64,000 nt of DNA, from NCBI GenBank assembly GCA_035402765.1, contig DAONDX010000007.1, positions 14,281 to 78,280 on the forward strand. The letters are read 5' to 3'. A program made the translations under genes and the position numbers. The first letter of the stretch is position 1. Every line of letters begins with the position of its first letter. Origin of the DNA: Candidatus Omnitrophota bacterium. GTDB lineage: Bacteria > Omnitrophota > Gorgyraeia > Gygaellales > Profunditerraquicolaceae. This document shows, piece after piece, positions 48,884 to 58,070 of this stretch. The notes below the pieces were generated by a model. The model was given only the letters and a program-made list of their open reading frames with translations, was not told the origin of the DNA and did not search any database.

Positions 48884-50163
48884 CCCAGCTCGAATATGCT
48901 AAAAAAAATATTATTACTCCTTTGATGCGCAAGGTAGCGCATTTGGAAAAGATTAAACCTGCCGAATTAATGCGCCTTATACGTTTAGGCCAAGCAGTCA
49001 TACCGCTGAATAAAAATCATAAAATAAAAAAGCCTTGTGCTGTCGGTTGCGGCCTATCTACTAAAGTTAATGCTAATCTGGGCACCTCTACGGATGAATC
49101 CCGGATCGCTGATGAAATCCATAAATTGAAAATAGCAATTAAACATGGCGCCGATGCGGTTATGGATCTGAGCGTGGGAGGGGATCTTCCCAAAGTAAGA
49201 TGCGAGGTTTTAAAATATTCAACTGTGCCGGTAGGTACGGTTCCGGTTTATGAAGTAGCCGTCAGAGCCCAGAAAAAAAATAAAAATTTCCTTAAATTCA
49301 GCGCCCAAGATGTTTTAAGCGTTTTAAATGACCAGGCTAAACAGGGGGTGGATTTCTTTACCGTGCATAGCGGTGTAACTCAAAGCAGCTTAAAAATACT
49401 TGATAAGCATCAGCGGCTGATGGGGGTAGTTTCGCGCGGCGGAGCGATGATCGCCAGCTGGATGAAATATCATAAGCAGGAGAATCCTTTCTATTCGCAT
49501 TTTGAGCAAATTTTAGATATTGCCTATAAATATGATATAACTTTAAGTTTGGGCGACGGGTTAAGGCCGGGTTCGATTTTAGATGCTACTGACCAAGCTC
49601 AAATCGCGGAATTAAAAATCCTGGGGCGTTTAGCTAAGCAGGCCCGAGCCCGGGGGGTACAGGTGATGATCGAAGGCCCGGGGCATGTCCCTCTGGACCA
49701 GATCGAGAAAAATATTGCTTTGGAGAAAAAATATTGTTCGAATGCTCCCTTTTATGTTTTGGGGCCGTTAGTTACCGATGTCGGCGCCGGTTACGATCAT
49801 ATTACTTCGGCTATCGGAGGGGCGATCGCCGCCAGTTGCGGCGCGGATTTCCTTTGTTATGTAACTCCCGCTGAGCACCTGCGTCATCCCACGGTAAGCG
49901 ATGTCCGTGAGGGGGTGGTGGCTTGCCGGATCGCCGCGCACGCCGGAGATTTAGTTAAACGCAGGAAGCAGGCAATTGTCTGGGATAAGGATATGTCTTG
50001 CGCCCGCCAGGATCGCAACTGGAAAAAGCAGATTAAACTGTCGATTGATCCTGAAAAAGCCAGAGTTTATCGTTTAAGCAGCAAGCCGGAACTTTCTAGT
50101 GTTTGTACAATGTGCGGTAAGTATTGCTCGATTAAATTGATGCAGGATTGTAAGTCAAAATAG
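48880..50163 (+). CDS. thiC: phosphomethylpyrimidine synthase
   Basis: 427 aa; C-terminal CTMCGKYCS (CX2CX4C) cluster typical of ThiC. ATGA overlap with thiE. Confidence 0.92.
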   Translation: MTQLEYAKKNIITPLMRKVAHLEKIKPAELMRLIRLGQAVIPLNKNHKIKKPCAVGCGLSTKVNANLGTSTDESRIADEIHKLKIAIKHGADAVMDLSVGGDLPKVRCEVLKYSTVPVGTVPVYEVAVRAQKKNKNFLKFSAQDVLSVLNDQAKQGVDFFTVHSGVTQSSLKILDKHQRLMGVVSRGGAMIASWMKYHKQENPFYSHFEQILDIAYKYDITLSLGDGLRPGSILDATDQAQIAELKILGRLAKQARARGVQVMIEGPGHVPLDQIEKNIALEKKYCSNAPFYVLGPLVTDVGAGYDHITSAIGGAIAASCGADFLCYVTPAEHLRHPTVSDVREGVVACRIAAHAGDLVKRRKQAIVWDKDMSCARQDRNWKKQIKLSIDPEKARVYRLSSKPELSSVCTMCGKYCSIKLMQDCKSK

Positions 50164-50181
50164 ATAGGCGATAGGTATTGC

Positions 50182-50252
50182 GCGGGTGTAATTCAGTGGT
50201 AGAATGGCAGCTTCCCAAGCTGCACATGGCGGTTCGATTCCGCTCACCCGCT
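50182..50252 (+). tRNA. tRNA-Gly (anticodon CCC)
   Basis: GCGGGTG acceptor stem, D-arm TAATTCAGTGGTAGAATG, anticodon stem-loop GCAGC-TTCCCAA-GCTGC, T-arm GGTTCGATTCC. No encoded CCA. Confidence 0.9.
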
Positions 50253-50279
50253 TATAAAATTATCAGCTAACAGGGCGCA

Positions 50280-50942
50280 ATGAGAAAAATTATTTTAATT
50301 CTTATTTTTCTGGGATTAGCCGGTTGTGAAACTGTTCCGCCGTATACCGGTCCGATTTTACCTGCTTTAGTCCAAGGTTCAAGCGGCATCCGCCACCGTG
50401 TGGAAGCCGGAGAGACACTTTGGAGGATATCCAAGCAGTATGATGTTGATATTGATGATATTATCCGCCTTAACCGCATCTCTGAAGATTCGACTATCGA
50501 AATAGGCCAAGTACTTTTAATTCCTAACCGTTCTTCGCGGATCCAGAATATTCCCGTAAAATCCAGCGGAGATGATTTTATCTGGCCGTTAAAAGGCAGG
50601 GTGATTTCAGGCTTTGGTTCCAACTACCACAATATAATTAATAAGGGTATTAATATTCAGGCTCCGGCAGGTTCAGATATCCTGGCTACCCGTTCCGGGA
50701 GAGTAGTTTTCTATTCCGCCAGTTTTGGCAATTATGGCAAGACAGTAATTATCGACCATGGAGACGGCTTGCGTAGTGTTTATTCCAGGATTTCCGATAT
50801 TCTTGTGCAACCAGGACAGAATCTGCAAAGGGGTACTTTGATCGGCCGGGTGGGTACAGGTATCAGAGATAAAAACAGTTATTTACATTTTGAGATCCGC
50901 AAAGGCGCTATGCCGCAGAATCCGTTATTTTATTTATCATGA
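50280..50942 (+). CDS. LysM-domain M23 family metallopeptidase lipoprotein
   Basis: Lipoprotein signal MRKIILILIFLGLAGC, LysM (HRVEAGETLWRISKQYDVDIDDIIRLN) and the M23 catalytic region (IIDHGDGLRSVYS...YLHFEIR). Confidence 0.85.
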   Translation: MRKIILILIFLGLAGCETVPPYTGPILPALVQGSSGIRHRVEAGETLWRISKQYDVDIDDIIRLNRISEDSTIEIGQVLLIPNRSSRIQNIPVKSSGDDFIWPLKGRVISGFGSNYHNIINKGINIQAPAGSDILATRSGRVVFYSASFGNYGKTVIIDHGDGLRSVYSRISDILVQPGQNLQRGTLIGRVGTGIRDKNSYLHFEIRKGAMPQNPLFYLS

Positions 50943-52534
50943 TTAAAGACAAATTTTTTGACCGTAGGAATTATATCCAGATATTAGAGAAACGGGTTTC
51001 CAGCCTTAAAGAAGGCTACCGGCAGAACATTGCCATTATCGGCGATGAGAATGTCGGCAAGACCAGTATTATTTCTAAATTTTTGGCTAATTACTACGAT
51101 CCCCGAATGATTACGGTTTATTTGGAGATCCGTCCTGAATCTCTTGAAGGTTTCGCTAAAAGGTTTATCGGCGCGTTATTGTATAATTTTCTTTTAAACA
51201 GCGGGCTGCCTTTAAAGGAAGACTTGGATTATCTGGTGGTCAAGTCTTCCCGGTATATCCCTAAAACTACGGAGAGGATTAATTTTATACTTGGCGAGCT
51301 TGCCCGGAGAAAAAAGTTAAATATTATAACTGAACTTTTTAACCTTCCGGAGCTGATTAACCAGGAGACCGGCAAGTTTACGGTTTTGTTCTTTGATGAA
51401 TTTCATAATTTAGAGGATATCGGAGTAAAAAATTTATACCGGGAGTGGAGCAAGCTGCTGATGGTTGCTAAAAACACGCTTTATTGTTTAGCCAGCTCCA
51501 AAATGTTTAAAACCCGGGTTATACTTTCTAAGCAGCTCTCTTTATTATTCGGTAATTTCGAAATTATCACGGTTGAGCCGTTTGATATCCATGCCAGCAG
51601 CCGCTACCTGGACCAGCATCTTCCCGGATTAAATGCTAAACCGGAACTAAAAGATTTTATCATCAATTTTACCGGCGGTTACCCTTTATACCTGGAATTG
51701 ATCGCCGATGCTTTAGCTAAAGCCGATGCGACGGTGAATTTGGCGGATATCCTGGAAGATCTTTTATTTAATACCTCGGGTATTCTTAACCAGAGATTTT
51801 CCAACTATATCAAACGTTTTTTGGACGCAGATGCCAGCAATGATTATGTCTCGATTTTTTATTTGATCGCCTCCGGGCGCAACCGCATCAAAGATATCGC
51901 CCATATTTTGCATAAGCAAAAAAAAGAATTGGATATCCGCATTAATTATCTATTAGAATTGGATGCGATTACCCGCAGCGGTGATTTTCTTAAGGTCAGC
52001 GACCGGCTGTTTGCTTATTGGATGCGGTTTGTCTACCAGGAGAAAATTCGTTCCTTATCCTTCGATGCTAAGAATCAAAAAGAAAAGTTCCGGGAGAATA
52101 TTCAGGAGCTTATCCAGGAATTCGCCAAACAATCAATTAAACCGCTGGCTAACCGGGTGGGGGAATTATTGCAGCTATTTGAAGATGACTTAGTGCAGAT
52201 CGAGCGCAAAAAGATCAGGCTGCATCATTTCCGCGAAGTAAAACCGCTGACTTTTGACCAGCGTTTCCTGAAAGACGGTTTGCTGGGCAGATCCAGCGAG
52301 GCGTTGTGGATCATGGCGATCAAATCCGACGCGCTGACCGAGCAGGATATCGCGGAATTTTCCAAGGAATGTAAAAGATACCATCATAAATCTCAACGCA
52401 AGATTATGGTTACTCTGAAGGAAGTTGATCCTAATGCTAGGTTAAGGGCTCTGGAAGAGAAGATCTGGACCTGGGATTTAAACAGCTTGAATCAGATTTT
52501 AGATCTATTTTCTAAACCGCGGATAATTGCATGA
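50939..52534 (+). CDS. Arch_ATPase/DUF234-like AAA ATPase of unknown function
   Basis: 531 aa; FFDRRNYIQILEKRV..IAIIGDENVGKTSI Walker A, a Walker B-like FFDEFH, and a C-terminal DUF234-like region. ATGA overlaps on both sides. Confidence 0.6.
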   Translation: MIKDKFFDRRNYIQILEKRVSSLKEGYRQNIAIIGDENVGKTSIISKFLANYYDPRMITVYLEIRPESLEGFAKRFIGALLYNFLLNSGLPLKEDLDYLVVKSSRYIPKTTERINFILGELARRKKLNIITELFNLPELINQETGKFTVLFFDEFHNLEDIGVKNLYREWSKLLMVAKNTLYCLASSKMFKTRVILSKQLSLLFGNFEIITVEPFDIHASSRYLDQHLPGLNAKPELKDFIINFTGGYPLYLELIADALAKADATVNLADILEDLLFNTSGILNQRFSNYIKRFLDADASNDYVSIFYLIASGRNRIKDIAHILHKQKKELDIRINYLLELDAITRSGDFLKVSDRLFAYWMRFVYQEKIRSLSFDAKNQKEKFRENIQELIQEFAKQSIKPLANRVGELLQLFEDDLVQIERKKIRLHHFREVKPLTFDQRFLKDGLLGRSSEALWIMAIKSDALTEQDIAEFSKECKRYHHKSQRKIMVTLKEVDPNARLRALEEKIWTWDLNSLNQILDLFSKPRIIA

Positions 52535-53100
52535 GTCAGGCAGTCTTTAACAGTAATTCTTTTAAACAGTTAAATAGCGCCAAACTGGGGGTGATCTCGG
52601 ATACCCACATTCCGGGTAAGGGCCAGCATATCCCCGGGATGATCCTAGATGCTTTTAAGCATGTGGATTTAGTCATTCATGCCGGCGATGTTGTCAGCTT
52701 AGCGGCAATCGATGAATTAGAGTCGGTTTGCCCGTCGCTAGCCGTAGTAGCCGGAAATATGGACCAAGAAGAAGTGCGCGATAAATATCCGGTAAAACAG
52801 ATATTGGAAATTGCCGGTTACCGCGTAGGACTGATGCACGGCTCCGGGGCGCCGTTAAATCTTATCGGTTTACTGAAAGATGCTTTTAAGGAAGATAGAT
52901 GTGACTTGATTATTTTCGGCCATTCACATAAACCGATGAATGAAAAAAATGAAGGGGTCCTATTTTTTAATCCCGGAAGCGCTACCGATCTTAGCGCGGC
53001 ATATAATTCTTACGGAATAATTGAATTGCAGAAACGCCCGGAGGCTTCAGGCAGGGCGGATAAGAGTTTAGGGATTGAAGCCAGGATAATAAAAATTTAA
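52531..53100 (+). CDS. YfcE/MJ0936-family metallophosphoesterase
   Basis: GVISDTHIP...HAGDV...GNMD...GHSHKP calcineurin-like motifs, 189 aa. Confidence 0.8.
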   Translation: MSQAVFNSNSFKQLNSAKLGVISDTHIPGKGQHIPGMILDAFKHVDLVIHAGDVVSLAAIDELESVCPSLAVVAGNMDQEEVRDKYPVKQILEIAGYRVGLMHGSGAPLNLIGLLKDAFKEDRCDLIIFGHSHKPMNEKNEGVLFFNPGSATDLSAAYNSYGIIELQKRPEASGRADKSLGIEARIIKI

Positions 53101-53165
53101 TCCCGCGCCTTCTTGGTATTATTAAGAAGGCCGGGGCAAATAGCGGACAAAGAAGAAGGTGAAGG

Positions 53166-53639
53166 ATGAATAAACTGTGGGCTCCCTGGAGAATTAATTA
53201 CGTAAACAGTAAAATTAAAACTAAAGGTTGTATTTTTTGCCAGGCAAAAAAAAGCAGGTTCCATGATTATGTAGTTTTTAAAACCCAAAGATCAATTTGC
53301 TTGTTAAACATCTATCCGTATAATAACGGGCATCTTCTGATTTCACCGCTGCGTCATGTCGCCGATATTGAGCGCTTAAGTCAGGCAGAGATCCTGGATA
53401 TGTTTGAATGCTTGAAGAGGGCTAAGCGCTGTTTGCGGAAAGTTTTAAAACCTCAAGGTTATAACTTGGGTTTTAACCTTGGCCGTCCGGCTGGAGCCGG
53501 AATTACGGGACATCTGCATTTGCATATTGTGCCGCGTTGGGTGGGGGATACTAATTTTATGCCGGTTATCGGGAATACAAAAGTAATTTCGCAGTCTCTG
53601 GAAGAATTAGTCAAGCGTTTAAAGAAAGCCGATGAATAA
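53166..53639 (+). CDS. HIT-family nucleotide hydrolase/transferase
   Basis: 157 aa; histidine triad HLHLHIVPR. Confidence 0.8.
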   Translation: MNKLWAPWRINYVNSKIKTKGCIFCQAKKSRFHDYVVFKTQRSICLLNIYPYNNGHLLISPLRHVADIERLSQAEILDMFECLKRAKRCLRKVLKPQGYNLGFNLGRPAGAGITGHLHLHIVPRWVGDTNFMPVIGNTKVISQSLEELVKRLKKADE

Positions 53640-54777
53640 AATTCATGAGTTTGAAGATAAATTTTTGGCTCCTTATGCTATGAAAAGCTGCGCTTCCCGC
53701 GGCCGGGTGCATAAGGAAGAAGAGCATGCCTACCGTTCATGTTATCAACGGGACCGGGACCGGGTTATTCATTCGGCAGCTTTCAGGAGGCTTGAGTATA
53801 AAACTCAAGTATTCGTAAATCATGAAGGCGATTATTACCGCACCCGCCTGACGCATAGTATTGAGGTCTCCCAAATTGCCCGGACGATTGCTTATGCTTT
53901 AAATTTGAATATGGATCTAACCGAAGCCATCGCCTTGGCGCATGATTTAGGCCATACGCCTTTCGGCCACTCCGGTGAAGATGTGCTTAATGAATTAATG
54001 GCCGGCGCCGGAGGATTTAACCATAATCTCCAGGGTTTGAGGGTAGTGGATTTTCTGGAGGAGCGGTATCCGGAATTCCCGGGTTTAAATTTAAGCTGGG
54101 AGGTTAGGGAAGGGATCGTAAAGCATTCCTCAGTTTTTGATATCGCGGTTAAGATCAAAGAGTTTTTACCTAAACAGATGCCTTCCCTGGAGACTCAGAT
54201 AGTAGACGTGGCAGATGAGATCGCTTATGATAATCATGATTTAGATGATGGCCTTACTTCGGGGTTGATTAAAGAGAGCGACTTGGAAGATCTGGAGATT
54301 TGGCAGAAAATAAATCGCACGATCGATCAAAAATATGCTAAAATTAATCCCAATTGCCGGAAGTATCTGATTATCCGGGGTTTGATTGATTTGCAGGTTA
54401 CTGATCTTATTGCGCATACGCAAGCCCAGATCCTCCGGCTCAAGATTAAAAAATATACCGATGTCCACAAGGTGGATTGTAAGATCGTGGATTTTAGCAG
54501 CAAAGTTAAACAATTAAGAAAACCGTTGCGGCAGTTTCTTATGCAGAAACTTTACCACCATTACCGGGTGGTGCGTATGAGCACGAAAGCCAAACGGTTT
54601 ATCCGGGAATTATTTTCTGAATACCTCAAACGTCCCGAGCAGATGCCTTCGGAGATACAGTTGCGCATTCCTCGGGAAGGAGTAAAGCAGGTAGTTTGTG
54701 ATTATATCGCCGGCATGACTGACCGGTACGCTTTAGATGAGTATAAAAAATTATTCAACCCCTACGAAAAAGTATAG
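53632..54777 (+). CDS. dGTP triphosphohydrolase-like HD-domain protein
   Basis: 381 aa; the dgt-family N-terminus (RSCYQRDRDRVIHSAAFRRLEYKTQVF) and the HD motif (AHDLGHTPFGH). Confidence 0.8.
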   Translation: MNKIHEFEDKFLAPYAMKSCASRGRVHKEEEHAYRSCYQRDRDRVIHSAAFRRLEYKTQVFVNHEGDYYRTRLTHSIEVSQIARTIAYALNLNMDLTEAIALAHDLGHTPFGHSGEDVLNELMAGAGGFNHNLQGLRVVDFLEERYPEFPGLNLSWEVREGIVKHSSVFDIAVKIKEFLPKQMPSLETQIVDVADEIAYDNHDLDDGLTSGLIKESDLEDLEIWQKINRTIDQKYAKINPNCRKYLIIRGLIDLQVTDLIAHTQAQILRLKIKKYTDVHKVDCKIVDFSSKVKQLRKPLRQFLMQKLYHHYRVVRMSTKAKRFIRELFSEYLKRPEQMPSEIQLRIPREGVKQVVCDYIAGMTDRYALDEYKKLFNPYEKV

Positions 54778-55807
54778 ATTTTTAATTTCCGCGGTACACA
54801 GCATATACCGCCTGCTTAACTCTACCTATGAGGTTAATGAGTTAATTAGCCGCCTGGGCCGGTTATTCTGCCAATTTTTTAATGCCCAATACTGTTTGAT
54901 CGTTTTACTGGATGCGACCAAAAAGTATTCGATTGTCAAATGTACGATTGATAATAATAAGAAATCGGTAATTTACAAAAAGACTAAAATCAGCAGCAGA
55001 ATAGAATCAAAGATCATCAAGGGTTCTTTGATTGTCAGGAGGAGCAATCTTTTAGGTGTGCCGATTATTTCTGAAGACTTGATGGGCTATATCATTATAA
55101 AGCGCAAGCCCGCCATCCCGTTTGATATCTTTGATCAGGAAATGTTGATGACCATGGCTGAACAGGCAGTCGTGGGGATCAAGAATATGCAGCTTTATGA
55201 GGAGCAGCAGCGCATTGTTATCGGAAGCATTAAATCCTTGGTCACTTTTTTAAATACCCATGTTTCCCGGGATTATACCCATTCTCCGTATTTCAGCAAA
55301 CTGGTTTGTGCTTTGGGCGCCGAGATTCATCTGAATGATAAAGAGCTGGAAAGCCTTAAATATGCCAGCCTGTTGCATGATGCCGGCAAAGCAGATATTC
55401 CGGAGGAGATCCTGACTAAGACCACCAAGCTGACTGATGCCGAGTATGATATTATTAAGAAACATCCGGTTAAAGGAGCTCAGATTCTGCGGCCTTTGCA
55501 GGTTTTACGCCCGGTCATTCCGATCATCATGTATCATCATGAGAAATATAACGGAACCGGATATCCTTCGCAGCTCAAAGGCGGACAGATTCCCCTGGGC
55601 GCGCGGATCATGTCGGTAGCTGACGCTTTTGAAGCTATGGTTTATGGCCGGCCCTATCGCCAGAGAATGGATATTGCTTCGGCCATTAAAGAAGTGAAAA
55701 GAAAAAGCGGAATTCAGTTTGATCCTAAAGTAGTCGAGGTTTTTTTAAGGGTGATTAAAAAATTCAATAAGCGGGTTTACCTGGAACAGGGCAGTATTAA
55801 GAAATAA
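54737..55807 (+). CDS. GAF-like + HD-GYP domain protein
   Basis: HDAGKADIPEEIL, YHHEKYNGTGYP; 356 aa. The start is uncertain (overlaps the dGTPase end by 40 nt). Confidence 0.75.
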   Translation: MSIKNYSTPTKKYRFLISAVHSIYRLLNSTYEVNELISRLGRLFCQFFNAQYCLIVLLDATKKYSIVKCTIDNNKKSVIYKKTKISSRIESKIIKGSLIVRRSNLLGVPIISEDLMGYIIIKRKPAIPFDIFDQEMLMTMAEQAVVGIKNMQLYEEQQRIVIGSIKSLVTFLNTHVSRDYTHSPYFSKLVCALGAEIHLNDKELESLKYASLLHDAGKADIPEEILTKTTKLTDAEYDIIKKHPVKGAQILRPLQVLRPVIPIIMYHHEKYNGTGYPSQLKGGQIPLGARIMSVADAFEAMVYGRPYRQRMDIASAIKEVKRKSGIQFDPKVVEVFLRVIKKFNKRVYLEQGSIKK

Positions 55808-55815
55808 CTTTTATC

Positions 55816-56259
55816 ATGGTCGAAAAGCAGGATTATTCACAGTCAGAACTTTTTTCCCCGGTTGATAGCAGCGGGCAATATAAGGTGCGGGTTTCCAAAA
55901 ATCCGTTTTTTTTAAGAATCCGCGGATATGAGAAGATCATGCTTTTAATTATGGGGTTGGTCTTAACCAGCGTCATTTCTTTTTCTCTGGGTGTAGAGAA
56001 AGGCAAGCGTTCTGAATTGATCAGAAACAGTATCCCTGATCAATTCGGTTATACTATTCAGGTAGCTACTTTTAAAAATAAGCCGCTGGCTTTACGGGAA
56101 GCTCAGTTATTGCAAAAAGAAGGATTAACTCCGATGGTATTTGCTAAAGGAGATTATATTGTTTTGTGCGTAGGCAAATTTTCTAATCAAGAGAGCGCGC
56201 AACCTTTGCTGATCCAATTGCAGAGAACCTACGCAAGTTGCCGCATAAGGAGGTTATAA
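55816..56259 (+). CDS. SPOR-domain membrane protein (peptidoglycan-binding; possible divisome-associated)
   Basis: TM helix and a C-terminal YTIQVATFKNKPLALREAQLLQKEGLTPMVF...YIVLCVGKFSNQESAQ SPOR-like repeat. Confidence 0.6.
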   Translation: MVEKQDYSQSELFSPVDSSGQYKVRVSKNPFFLRIRGYEKIMLLIMGLVLTSVISFSLGVEKGKRSELIRNSIPDQFGYTIQVATFKNKPLALREAQLLQKEGLTPMVFAKGDYIVLCVGKFSNQESAQPLLIQLQRTYASCRIRRL

Positions 56260-56261
56260 AC

Positions 56262-56549
56262 ATGTCAATACATCCGTCATTAACTATTTCGGAAAAGGAC
56301 AAGAAGACTCGTTCAGTACTAAAACGTATTGAGCGCATCCGCCAGATGAATGAAAAAGGCGATTGGAAAGAAGGAGATTCGGTTTATGGTTTGCCCAAGA
56401 TTAAAACCGTAAGAATTAAAATTAAGAAAGAAAAGGTTGAGAAGGCTGCGACAACTACGGAAGAGGGTGCTGCTGCGCCGGCTGCCGGAGCAAAAGATGC
56501 TAAGGCTGCTGCTCCTAAGGCTGCTGCTAAAGCCGCTCCTAAAGCTTAA
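56262..56549 (+). CDS. small basic protein with Ala/Lys-rich histone-H1-like tail
   Basis: MSIHPSLTISEKDKKTRSVLKRIERIRQMNEKGDWKEGDSVYGLPK core and an AAAPKAAAKAAPKA tail. The ATG at 56262 is preferred. Confidence 0.6.
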   Translation: MSIHPSLTISEKDKKTRSVLKRIERIRQMNEKGDWKEGDSVYGLPKIKTVRIKIKKEKVEKAATTTEEGAAAPAAGAKDAKAAAPKAAAKAAPKA

Positions 56550-56571
56550 CTTTAACCGGGTAAAAAAATAA

Positions 56572-57366
56572 ATGCCGTTAAATCTTAAGATTAAAAGTCT
56601 GATTATTTGTTTGATGGTCAGTTTTGGTTTTGCCGGTGTTGTTTTTGGAGAGGGAGCCGGTACTTTTACAGGCCAGATTAACGCTGACGGTATAAATGTC
56701 CGTGTAGATTCCACGGTAGGCGCCCAGGTGATTTGCACCTTAGCTAAAGGCGAATTAGTCGAGGTGTCCGGGGGAGTTTATGATTGGTACAAGATCCGCC
56801 TGCCTAAAGAAGCGCCTGCCTATATAAGAAAAGATCTCCTGGAGTGTAATAATGTTAATGCTGATTTCGCTGCTTCGCCGGAGAAGTGTTCAAGCGCCAA
56901 AGTAATCAAAGACAGGGTAAACATCCGTTTAGGCCCTACGGAATCAGCCTGGATCCTGGGTAAAATCGATAAGGGCACGGTGGTTAATGTTATCGCCGAA
57001 CAGGAGGGTTGGTATAAGATCCACCCGGTTTACCAGAGTTTCGGCTGGGTAAATAAAAAATTTGTGAATAAAGAAATCGTGACGTTTGAAAAACGGCCCG
57101 CGGCGCCCGTTAAGCTTGCCGGTGAAGTTAAAATAGACGATGGGCTTATAATTGAGGGTAAGGTCAGCCCCTACGGAGTCGTGCTTTGGCGAAAAGCGAC
57201 TCATAAATTGATTACTCCTGAAAATAAAATATACTTTCTCAAAGGGAACCGCAAAGGTTTAGACAGCCTTAATTATCATAAGGTTAAAGTTACGGGAAAA
57301 GTAATCGGTCTGGCAGCAAATCAGTCCCCGATTATCCAAATTGATATTATTGAGGCGTTAGATTGA
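56572..57366 (+). CDS. secreted protein with two bacterial SH3 (SH3b) domains
   Basis: Signal peptide and two copies of the G.NVR.......W..G.V..I...GW.KI pattern. Confidence 0.6.
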   Translation: MPLNLKIKSLIICLMVSFGFAGVVFGEGAGTFTGQINADGINVRVDSTVGAQVICTLAKGELVEVSGGVYDWYKIRLPKEAPAYIRKDLLECNNVNADFAASPEKCSSAKVIKDRVNIRLGPTESAWILGKIDKGTVVNVIAEQEGWYKIHPVYQSFGWVNKKFVNKEIVTFEKRPAAPVKLAGEVKIDDGLIIEGKVSPYGVVLWRKATHKLITPENKIYFLKGNRKGLDSLNYHKVKVTGKVIGLAANQSPIIQIDIIEALD

Positions 57367-57439
57367 GCCCCGCATTTTCTTTTCTATTCAAGTTATTAAA
57401 CCTGATGACTTTAACAATTAAGTATTTAGCGGGTGCAGA

Positions 57440-58069
57440 ATGAACCTTCTAAATTTAATAATTGCTTTTGCCGCATCTTTTGCGCTTTTAATGATTGCCA
57501 TGACGGTGCATGAATTTGCGCATGGCCTGGTCGCTTATAAACTAGGGGATGCTACGGCCAAATTAAGCGGACGGTTGACCTTGAATCCATTGGCGCACAT
57601 CGATCCCTTTTGGACGATTATTCTTCCGCTTTTACTTTTTCTATCTACCGCCGGGCGTTTTGTTTTCGGCGCGGCCAAACCGGTTCCGGTAAATTATTGG
57701 AGCTTAAAGAATCCTAAAAGGGATATGATCTGGATCGGCTTGGCGGGTCCTTTGGCCAATTTTATCCTGGCTTTGATTATCTCCGGAATATTAAAAATTA
57801 CTCCATTCCACGCTTTGATCACCCCGTTGTTTTTTCAATTATTAGTCATCAACGTAGTTTTAGCCGTATTTAATCTCATCCCTGTTCCTCCGCTAGACGG
57901 TTCGAAAATTTTAATGGGCTTACTGCCATCACAATTGTCCAGTCAATATTCTGAATTTGAGCGGTATGGTTTTATTATCCTGGTTGTATTTATTTGGCTG
58001 GGATTGTTTGACCGCTTACTTTGGCCATTAGTGGGTCTGGTAATTAGAGCGATGGGGGTGAATTTTTAA
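57440..58069 (+). CDS. site-2 protease family (M50) zinc metalloprotease
   Basis: 209 aa polytopic protein; HEFAHGLVAYKLGD HExxH in TM1, NLIPVPPLDGSKIL. Confidence 0.8.
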   Translation: MNLLNLIIAFAASFALLMIAMTVHEFAHGLVAYKLGDATAKLSGRLTLNPLAHIDPFWTIILPLLLFLSTAGRFVFGAAKPVPVNYWSLKNPKRDMIWIGLAGPLANFILALIISGILKITPFHALITPLFFQLLVINVVLAVFNLIPVPPLDGSKILMGLLPSQLSSQYSEFERYGFIILVVFIWLGLFDRLLWPLVGLVIRAMGVNF

Positions 58070-58070
58070 T

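Noticed and set aside
53101-53135. Hairpin CCTTCTT-ggtattatt-AAGAAGG after the phosphoesterase gene
   Set aside because: The stem is short and AT-rich, with no downstream T-tract. Not confidently a terminator.
50182-56000. tRNA-Gly-associated genomic island or prophage remnant
   Set aside because: No integrase, no duplicated tRNA 3' end, and no compositional shift were noticed by eye. The downstream genes are mostly conserved housekeeping-type enzymes.
56460-56549. Apparent tandem nucleotide repeat (gctgctaaagccgctcctaaagct...)
   Set aside because: It is simply the codon-level reflection of the Ala/Lys/Pro-rich protein tail, not a non-coding repeat.
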